A stretch of DNA of 64,000 nt, from contig CAWJTV010000019.1 in assembly GCA_963845755.1 (NCBI GenBank), forward strand, positions 320,001 through 384,000, in the 5' to 3' direction. How positions within the stretch are numbered: position 1 is the stretch's first letter; every line of letters starts with the position of its first letter. The position numbers and the translations under genes are program-made. The notes under the pieces were generated by a model. It made no database searches. It was not told the origin of the DNA and saw only the letters and a program-made list of their open reading frames with translations. The DNA is from an uncultured Planctomycetota bacterium (GTDB lineage: Bacteria; Planctomycetota; Planctomycetia; Isosphaerales; Isosphaeraceae). Shown here one piece after another: positions 56,704 through 64,000 of this stretch.

Positions 56704-59700
56704 TCAAATCCCGGAGCTTGCGATCGCGGACTTGGTCAATTTGGGCGCACTCATGGTGCTGGCCAGGTAGTCAGGATCGCCACTGTACACGATCGTCAGC
56801 GGCTTTTTCAACATCTGGTTGGATTTGAATGTCAACGTGGCCTCGCCGTCACTCAACTCCGCGGTCCCGAGCGTCTTCACCGTGACCTTCTTTCCGTGCT
56901 TCTTGACGAACTCGAAGGTGACCTGCCCCGTAGGCACCATCCCGCCGGGGACCACCGGCTCGATCTCTGCCGTCAGGACAAACCTCTTGAGCGTCTTCTT
57001 CCCCTTGAGGACCACGGGTGGCACCAGGACGATCCCGGTGGCCGCCTGGCTGACCGACTCGGCCGCCGTGCTCGACTTCACATCGAGGAAGTCGGTGCTG
57101 CCGTTGTAGGTCGCCGTGATCGCGTGCGAGCCCAGGCTCAAGGTGGAGATCGTCACCGCAGCCTGGCCGGAGCCGTCCAGCGGGACGGTGGCCAGCGGAG
57201 TGGCGCCGTCGGCGAAGGTGACCGTCCCGACCGGCGCGCCGCCGGCGGAGTTCACCGTCGCGACGAAGGTGACGGCCTGTCCGTAGACGGGTGAGCTGAT
57301 CGGAGACGTCAGCAGGATCGTCGCAGCGGCCGGCGCGATCACGAAGGCGGCGGACTCCGAGTGGGCCGCGGCGTAATCGGCGCTGCCCGGGAAGCGGGCC
57401 ACGACGGTGTAGGTCGCGGCGGCGGAAGGCGCCGCCGAGCCAAGGTCCGTGCCCGAAGTGCCGGTTCCGGCGTAATACGTCAGGGTCGGCATGACGCCTT
57501 CCAGGCTCCGGGCCGCCGGGCCATTGACACCCGTCACGCTGGCCGTTGCCGCGATCGGCGAGCCGGCGTAGGTCCCGCCCGGGTCGCTGACGGTCACTGC
57601 GGGCGTGGCCGGGGTGATGCCCAGGGAACTGCTGGTGAAGTGGATCGTGTAGTTGCTGTCGGCCGTGAGAGTTCCCTGGCCGATCGCGTAGGGACTGTCC
57701 GAGACCGTCTCGCCGGCCGCCCGCGCCAGCGAGCCGGTGAGGACCGTCGCGGCGGTATCCGAGAACTGGAAGCCGCTGGAAGTATAGCCCAACGTCGGGT
57801 CCGGCGAGCCGAAGACCTTGGTCTCGGGACCGGCCACGATCGTTAGCGTCGCTGGGGTGATGGTCAGGGTGTTGCCGGTGAAGGTCATCGTGTAGTTGCT
57901 GGCCGCGAGCGTCCCCTGGGTGATCGCGTAGGGGCCGCCGGATACCGTCTCGCCGGCCGCCCGTGCCAGGTGGCCCGTCAGCGCCGATGCGGCGGTGTCG
58001 TCGATTGTCACCCCATCGACCGTCGTGTTGATGAGGCCGGACACGGTGTCGGTCAGGCTGGGGTCGGCCGCGCCGTAGACCTCGGTCTGGGAATCAGCCG
58101 TGACCGTCAAGGGCGCCGGGGTGACGGCCAGCCTGCTGCCCGTGAAGGCGATCGTGTAGTTGCTGTTCGCCGCGAGCGTGCCCTGGGCGATCGCGTAATC
58201 GCCCACCTGCTCTCCGGCCAGCGTGCCCGACTGGGCCCGGGCGAGCGCACCGGTCAACACAGTCGCAGCGGTATCGTCGATCGCCACTCCGTCCACCGAG
58301 GTATCAATCAAGCCGGTTGCTGAGTCGGTCAATCTCGGGTCCTCAGTGCCGTAGACCTTGGTCTGGGGATTGGCGGTGACCGTCAAGGTCGCGGGGTTGA
58401 TCGTCAGCGTGCTGCCGGTGAACGCGATCGTGTAATTGCTGTCGGCGGCGAGCGTGTCCTGGGTGATCGCGTAATCGCCGACCTCCTCTCCGGCCAGAGT
58501 GCCCGATTCGGCGCGGGCCAGGTTGCCGGTCAGGACCGAAGCAGCGGTGTCGGAGAACGCGAAGCCGCTGGCGGTGTAGGCCAGCGCCGGGTCGGCGGTA
58601 CCGTAGACTTTGGTCTCGGGGTTCGCCGTGATGGTGAGCGTCGCCGGAGTGATCGTCAGGCTGCTGGACATGGTGGCGGAGGCGAAGGTCCCGTCGCTGG
58701 TATAGGCATAATTGACCGTGTCGGGCGAGCCGGTGACGGTGAGGCCGTCGGCATTGAAGGTGGTGGAGAAGGCGCCGTCGGATCCGATGGTGGCCGACTG
58801 CTCGACGCCGTCGAGGGTCACGGCGATGGTCTCGCCCACCGGGGCTTGTGAGCCGTCGGCCAGCGTACCGGAAATGGTCACGCTGGAGGTGCCGTAGGTG
58901 ATGCTCGGGTCGCTGATTCCCGAGAAGGTCAGCGCGATGAGTGGGGATCCCTGGGTCTGGAAGGCACCGATGTCCGGATTGGGGGAGTCGAGCGGAAGGC
59001 CGCGCTGATCGGTGGTGATCGGCGTGGTGGTGCCCGGGTAGTCGGCGATCACACCCGCGCCGATGGCCGGGCTGCCGGGGAGCAGAGCGAGGGTCTGGGT
59101 CGGCCCGCCATTGTTGCCCAGCGGGGCCAGGCCGAGCTCCGTGAGGCTGGTCAAGACGATGTTGCCGTCGACCCCATTGGTCAGCCCCCCCGAGCCGCCG
59201 GTGCCGATCAGGTTGTCGCTGCCCGAGACGTTGGTACCAGCGATGTCGCTGGCGCCGACGGAACTGGTGTTGCCGGCGACGATGGTGTTGGTCAGGGTGG
59301 CCGGGCCGGCCGGGATGTTCCCGTAGCCGTAGTTGGCCAGACCGCCGCCGCCCCCGGGAGCGGCGGCGTTGCCGCTGACGGTGCAGTCGGTCAGGTTGGC
59401 CGTCGCGATATAATTGAACACGCCGCCGCCGAAGCCGCCGGCGTTGCCGCTGACGGTGCAGTCGGTCAGGTTGGCCGTCGCGTAACGGTTTGCAAGGCCG
59501 CCGCCGTAGCCGGCGTTGTTGCCGCTGAGGGTGCAGCCGGTGAGCGTCGCCATGCCGCCGTTTAATAGACCGCCGCCAGAGCCAGCGGTATTGCCGCTGA
59601 GGGCGCAGTCGGTCAGGTTGGCCGTGCCGCCATTCAGCACGCCGCCGCCGTCGTAGCCGGAGTTGCCGCTGAGGGCGCAGTCCGTCAGGGTCAGGTTGGC

Positions 59701-62679
59701 ATAGCCGGAATTCGACACGCCGCCGCCGCTGCCGATGGCGGAGTTGCCGCTGACGGTGCAGCCGGTCAGGGTCAGATTGGCCGTGCCGGAATTGAACACG
59801 CCGCCGCCGAAGCCGCTGAGGCCGTTGTTGTAGCCGTTGTAGGAGGGGGCGGAGTTGTCGCTGAGGGTGCAGCCGGTGAGCGTCGCCGTGCCGTAGTTCG
59901 CCAGACCGCCGCCACCGCCTTCATCGCGGCCGCCGCCGCTGGAGTTGCCGCTGAGGGTGCAGTCGGTCAGGGTCAGGTTGGCCGTGCCGGAATTGAACAC
60001 GCCGCCGCCGACGCCGCCGAAGCTGTGGAAGTAAAGGTAAGAGGCGGGGGAGGAGTTGCCGCTGAGGGTGCAGCCGGTGAGCGTCGCCGTGCCGTAGTTC
60101 GCCAGACCGCCGCCATCTCCGCCATCCCGGCCGCCCAGACCGCCGAAATATCCGCCAGCCAGGCCGCCGCCGCTGGAGTTGCCGCTGACGGTGCAGTCGG
60201 TCAGGGTGAGGTTGGCCGTGCCGGCATTGAACACGCCGCCGCCGAAGCCGCCGCTGCTCTTGGGGTAACTGTAGGAGGCGGAGGCGGAGTTGCCGCTGAG
60301 GGTGCAGCCTGTGAGCGTCGCCGTGCCGTAGTTCGCCAGGCCGCCGCCATTGTCGCCGGGGGAGACTGTGCCACCGGAGATGGTCAGGCCGGAGAGCGAG
60401 GCGGTCACACCACTGTCAACCTCAAAGACGCGACCCAACTCGCCGCCGCTGATGGTTACGCCCACGGCCGGCCCGGTGATCGTCTGCGTCCCCCCGGTGT
60501 CTGACAGCTCGAGCGGACCGCTGTTCAGTGTGATCGTCTGGGGCGTGCTGAAGACGGTCGGATCGAAGACGATCGTGTTCGCCTGGTTATCGGCGTTGGC
60601 CTGGTTGATGCAGTACCGCAAGTCGCCCGCGTCGTTGGATCCGATCCCCGCCGGGGAATCCCCCACGCTGTTGACGGTGAAGATGGTCATCGGCGAGGTG
60701 ACCGTCAGCGTGCTGGTGGTACTGGCGGAGGCGAAAGTCCCGTCGGTGGTATACGCGTACGTGATTGTGTAGGGCGAATCAGCCACGGTGAGGCCGCTGG
60801 TGTCGAAGGTCGTGGAGAAGCCACCGCCGGCGCCGATGGTGGCCGACTGCTCGACGCCGCCCAACGTCACGGCGACGGTCTCGCCCACCGGGGCCTGCGA
60901 GCCGTTGGCCAGCGTGCCGGAGATGGTCACGCTGGGGGTGCCGTAGGTGATGCTCTGGTCGCTAATCCCCGAGAAGGTCAGCGCAATGAGCGAGGACCCC
61001 TGGGTCTGGTAGGCGCCGATGTCGGGATTAGGCGTGTCGAGCGGGTAGCCGCGCTGGTCCGTGGTGATCGGAGTGGTGGTTCCCGGGTAGTCGGCGATCA
61101 CCCCCGCGCCGATGGCCGCGCTGCCGGGGAGCAGGGCCATGGTCTGCGTCGGCCCGCCGTTGTTGCCCAGTGGGGCCAGACCCAGGTTGGTGAGACTGGT
61201 CAGGACGATGTTGCCATTGACCCCATTGACCAGCCCCCCCGAGCCGCCGGTGCCGATCAGGTTGTCGCTGCCCGAGATGTCGCTACCGGCGATGTCGCTG
61301 GCGCCGGAGGGATCGGTGTTGCCGGCGACGATGGTGTCGGTCAGGTTGACCGTGCCGGCCGGGAAATAGTTCTCGAGGACGTAGTTGGCCAGACCGCCGC
61401 CGCGGCCGCTGGAGTCGTTGTCGCTGACGGTGCAGTCAGTGAGGTTGGCCTTGCCGGTAAGAATGTACACGCCGCCGCCATTGGTGGCGGAGTTGCCGCT
61501 GACGGTGCAGTCGGTCAGGTTGGCCGTGGCGAAATTGAACACGCCGCCGCCATCGCCGGCGGAGTTGCCGCTGATGGTGCAGCCGGTCATGGTCAGGTTG
61601 GCCGAGGAGACGATTATCAGGTCGAAATTGCTGCCGTTGAACACGCCGCCGCCGTCGTTGGCGGAGTTGCCGCTGAGGGTGCAGTCGTTGAGGTTGGCCG
61701 TGCCGCCGTTGGACACGCCGCCAAAGTCGTTGCCGCTGAGGGTGCAGTCGGTCAGGTTGGCCGTGCCGCCGTTGGACACGCCGCTGTCCTCGTTGCCGCT
61801 GATGGCGCAGTCGGTCAGGTTGGCCGTGCCGCCGTTGAACACGCCGCTGCCGTCGTTGCCGCTGAGGGTGCAGTCGGTCAGGTTGGCCGTGCCGGAATTG
61901 TCCACGCCGCCGAAGCTGGCAGTGTTGCCGCTGACAACGCAGTTATTCAGGTTGGCCGTGCCGTAGTTGGACACGCCGCCAGCGTAGTTGCCGGTGAAGG
62001 TGCAGTCGTTCAGGTTGGCCGTGCCGGAGTTCTGCACGCCGCCGCCCGAGCCGGCGGAGTTGCCGCTGACCGTGCAGCCGGTCATGGTCAGGTTGGCCGA
62101 GGAGGCGTTTAACACGCCGCCGCCGGTGGCGATGTTGTAGTCGCCGTAATTGCCGACTAGGCCGTAGTAGGCGGAGTTGCCGCTGACGGTGCAGTTGGTG
62201 AGCGTCACCGTGCCGTTGTTCTCCAGACCACCGCCATTGCCGGACGAGGTCGAGCCGCCGGAGATGGTCAGGCCGGAGAGCGAGGCGGTCACACCACTGT
62301 CGATCTCAAAGACGCGGCTCGTCCCGCCACCGCTGATGGTCACCCCCGCGGCCGGCCCGGTGATCGTCTGCGTCCCGCCGGTGTCTGACAGCTCGAGCTG
62401 GCCGCCGTTCAGCGTGATCGTCTGGGGCGTGCCGAACACGATCGAATCGAAGACGATCGTGTTCGCCTGGTCATCGGCGTTGGCCTGGTTGATGCAGTAC
62501 CGCAGGTCGCCCTCATCGCCGGAACCGATCCCCCCATCGCCCACGCTGTTGACGGTGAACGTGGACAGCACGACGCGGCCCTCGAGGACCTCCAGGACCG
62601 GGCGGAGGCCGAGGCGGTGATGGTGAACCGCGTGTGAGGCGAATGCGAACCGCTGAAGAAGTCTGCGACGGCTGGCCAT
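56704..62679 (-). CDS. ~1990-aa secreted adhesin-like protein: two beta-helix/choice-of-anchor-Q modules, MBG repeats, Ig-like (Big_3) domains
   Basis: GAGGAGGAG RBS; planctomycete export motif LRPVLEVLEGRVVLS; (ANLTDCTLSGN)n repeats; LAPLGNNGGPTQTMALLPGS..DQRG..DIGA twice; PATLTITANPETKVYG repeats; YGQAVTF..GSHAITATYNG. Confidence 0.9.
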   Translation of the reverse strand: MASRRRLLQRFAFASHAVHHHRLGLRPVLEVLEGRVVLSTFTVNSVGDGGIGSGDEGDLRYCINQANADDQANTIVFDSIVFGTPQTITLNGGQLELSDTGGTQTITGPAAGVTISGGGTSRVFEIDSGVTASLSGLTISGGSTSSGNGGGLENNGTVTLTNCTVSGNSAYYGLVGNYGDYNIATGGGVLNASSANLTMTGCTVSGNSAGSGGGVQNSGTANLNDCTFTGNYAGGVSNYGTANLNNCVVSGNTASFGGVDNSGTANLTDCTLSGNDGSGVFNGGTANLTDCAISGNEDSGVSNGGTANLTDCTLSGNDFGGVSNGGTANLNDCTLSGNSANDGGGVFNGSNFDLIIVSSANLTMTGCTISGNSAGDGGGVFNFATANLTDCTVSGNSATNGGGVYILTGKANLTDCTVSDNDSSGRGGGLANYVLENYFPAGTVNLTDTIVAGNTDPSGASDIAGSDISGSDNLIGTGGSGGLVNGVNGNIVLTSLTNLGLAPLGNNGGPTQTMALLPGSAAIGAGVIADYPGTTTPITTDQRGYPLDTPNPDIGAYQTQGSSLIALTFSGISDQSITYGTPSVTISGTLANGSQAPVGETVAVTLGGVEQSATIGAGGGFSTTFDTSGLTVADSPYTITYAYTTDGTFASASTTSTLTVTSPMTIFTVNSVGDSPAGIGSNDAGDLRYCINQANADNQANTIVFDPTVFSTPQTITLNSGPLELSDTGGTQTITGPAVGVTISGGELGRVFEVDSGVTASLSGLTISGGTVSPGDNGGGLANYGTATLTGCTLSGNSASASYSYPKSSGGFGGGVFNAGTANLTLTDCTVSGNSSGGGLAGGYFGGLGGRDGGDGGGLANYGTATLTGCTLSGNSSPASYLYFHSFGGVGGGVFNSGTANLTLTDCTLSGNSSGGGRDEGGGGGLANYGTATLTGCTLSDNSAPSYNGYNNGLSGFGGGVFNSGTANLTLTGCTVSGNSAIGSGGGVSNSGYANLTLTDCALSGNSGYDGGGVLNGGTANLTDCALSGNTAGSGGGLLNGGMATLTGCTLSGNNAGYGGGLANRYATANLTDCTVSGNAGGFGGGVFNYIATANLTDCTVSGNAAAPGGGGGLANYGYGNIPAGPATLTNTIVAGNTSSVGASDIAGTNVSGSDNLIGTGGSGGLTNGVDGNIVLTSLTELGLAPLGNNGGPTQTLALLPGSPAIGAGVIADYPGTTTPITTDQRGLPLDSPNPDIGAFQTQGSPLIALTFSGISDPSITYGTSSVTISGTLADGSQAPVGETIAVTLDGVEQSATIGSDGAFSTTFNADGLTVTGSPDTVNYAYTSDGTFASATMSSSLTITPATLTITANPETKVYGTADPALAYTASGFAFSDTAASVLTGNLARAESGTLAGEEVGDYAITQDTLAADSNYTIAFTGSTLTINPATLTVTANPQTKVYGTEDPRLTDSATGLIDTSVDGVAIDDTAATVLTGALARAQSGTLAGEQVGDYAIAQGTLAANSNYTIAFTGSRLAVTPAPLTVTADSQTEVYGAADPSLTDTVSGLINTTVDGVTIDDTAASALTGHLARAAGETVSGGPYAITQGTLAASNYTMTFTGNTLTITPATLTIVAGPETKVFGSPDPTLGYTSSGFQFSDTAATVLTGSLARAAGETVSDSPYAIGQGTLTADSNYTIHFTSSSLGITPATPAVTVSDPGGTYAGSPIAATASVTGVNGPAARSLEGVMPTLTYYAGTGTSGTDLGSAAPSAAATYTVVARFPGSADYAAAHSESAAFVIAPAAATILLTSPISSPVYGQAVTFVATVNSAGGAPVGTVTFADGATPLATVPLDGSGQAAVTISTLSLGSHAITATYNGSTDFLDVKSSTAAESVSQAATGIVLVPPVVLKGKKTLKRFVLTAEIEPVVPGGMVPTGQVTFEFVKKHGKKVTVKTLGTAELSDGEATLTFKSNQMLKKPLTIVYSGDPDYLASTMSAPKLTKSAIASSGI

Positions 62680-62917
62680 GAATGTCTCCTCCTCGAGTGG
62701 GATGCCCTGCGATTCGGTGTGATGTAATGTGATGCGATGCGATGCGATTGCCGGGACGCGGGCGCGCACTCCCGACGTCCCCGGCCCCGACAAGGGGCCG
62801 CGATCGGCCTGAGACGATGGCCGGCCATGCCCGTTACAGCTCCATGCGCCGTTGAGAACAGAATCCCCCGGAGGGATTTGACACTCCTCGCCGAACATCA
62901 CTGCGGAGGGTCGCATA

Positions 62918-63028
62918 CTCGTTCCCACGGTCCCCGTGAGAATGCCGTCTTCCACGCTCAGCGTGGTCGGCGGCGGCCCTCGGACGCAGGAGCGTCCCAG
63001 ACGGCATTCCCAAGAGCGTGGGAACGAG
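62918..63028. repeat. REP-like long palindrome
   Basis: Outer arms CTCGTTCCCACG / CGTGGGAACGAG with an inner GAATGCCGTCT / AGACGGCATTC pair. Confidence 0.7.
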
Positions 63029-63167
63029 GTTACTGATCGCTGCGCAAAGAAAGTTACTCTCGGCGAACGCTTCGCCCTACGCTTTCCAGGGAAAATCCGG
63101 CCTAGCTCAAATCTCGCCATCCGGAAACCGAGCATGTGATGGGGAGACGCGATCGCGACGGACCTTT

Positions 63168-63330
63168 GCCCCGAAGGGGCCAAACAGATCAGCCCGGGGC
63201 ATCGCCCCGGGACCGCGTCGGCTACCCCAACGAAAGCCCTGAAAGGGCGACACAACACGAGGCGGGACGGGTTCCGTGTCCCGCCCTTTCAGGGCTCCTT
63301 TGAAGGAGGGGCCTCGGTTCCCGGGGCGTT
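63168..63330. repeat. REP/BIME-like palindrome cluster, truncated by an IS
   Basis: GCCCCGAAGGGGC; CCCGGGGCATCGCCCCGGG; AGCCCTGAAAGGGCG with its inverse CGCCCTTTCAGGGCT. The last unit, CCCGGGGCGTT, breaks at the IS end. Confidence 0.7.
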
Positions 63331-64000
63331 CAACTTATTCCATTTGGAACGTAAGTCCTTGTCGATTCACGATCCGCACAGCATTGATCAGCAGTTTGGC
63401 CCAGACCCAACGCCACACCCGCCACGACCGGCGCACCCAGGCCGGCAGCGGACCCAGGCCGCCACCGAAGGAGGTCGCCTGGCCGAAGGATCGCTCGATC
63501 GCGCCGCGCATCGCGTAGAGGCTCTTCCCGAAATCTCCCTGCAACAGCTCGATGCAGCGGAGGCGGTACGGGCTTTGGCGGCGGTGTCCCAGTCCGGCCT
63601 TGGGGTCCTCGCCGGGGCTACCAACTGGTAGCCCGCGGCGCCCGCCGCGTCGAAGACCGGGTTGGCGTCGTACTCGCCATCGCCCAGCACGTAGCCACCG
63701 CCGCCGCAGTCGGCCAATTCCGGCAGCAACTGCTCGGCGGCCTTGGTCTCGGCGACATTCAGCGGTGTGATCGAACACACCTCGGGCATCGGACGGTTGC
63801 TCCAGACGGCGTGCAATTTGTAGCCCTTGGCGATCTTGCCGGCGCCGTGGCCATTGCGGGCATCCGGATCGTGACTGGCACCACCAACCGGCAAGGGCTT
63901 ACCGTCGAGGATCTGTACCAACCGCGGGGGGACTACATCGCGGAGCCGCGTCGCCAAAGTCCGCATGAGGACGCCCACGGCCAAGCTCCGGAGTCGTCGG
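63331..64000 (-). mobile_element. IS with a DDE_Tnp_1-type transposase (IS982/IS5-like), 3' part only; frameshift near 63612
   Basis: LDGKPLPVG..DPDAR..GYKLHA..LGDGEYD..RGAIERSF; stop at 63335; continues past the window end. Confidence 0.8.

Noticed and set aside
62680..63258. N-terminal extension of the adhesin ORF to 63258
   Set aside because: It runs through REP-like palindromes. A strong RBS and the export motif support the ATG at 62679.

Overview
GC-rich bacterial DNA, most likely from a planctomycete of the Isosphaeraceae (Singulisphaera/Aquisphaera-like). This is inferred from the PEP-CTERM proteins, the 'LEVLEGRVVLS' planctomycete export motif, zinc-finger Ser/Thr kinases next to an ECF sigma factor, and the conserved HTH_17-REC regulator. 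Many genes carry small frameshifts that look like uncorrected long-read indels. Left to right the window holds: an IS3-disrupted PEP-CTERM gene, a TIGR03118 PEP-CTERM gene, an ECF sigma factor, a ~8.5 kb TPR/alpha-2-macroglobulin-like gene, Fpg/Nei, a sterol desaturase, a transglutaminase, a PA0069-type radical SAM gene, BlaI/BlaR1, a penicillin acylase and a Gfo/Idh/MocA oxidoreductase. An accessory block at about 27-45 kb follows, with FHA proteins, an M48 protease, a repeat-flanked GxxExxY nuclease, an Rpn-like nuclease with a tandem array of C-terminal cassettes, HigBA, MazF plus a putative antitoxin, three paralogous Ser/Thr kinases and their ECF. The right part has an FlgI-like gene, a response regulator, a TPR-CRTAC1 gene, TldE/TldD, a ~2000 aa beta-helix adhesin, REP-like palindromes and a DDE transposase cut by the window end. 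The best candidates for undescribed biology are (i) the Rpn-like C-terminal cassette array with internal RBS/ATG starts, (ii) the GxxExxY gene bracketed by a 31-bp repeat family that also has an orphan copy, and (iii) the ECF/polymorphic kinase array with a shared upstream motif, interleaved with toxin-antitoxin (TA) modules. All family calls come from motif recognition by eye; no database searches were run.
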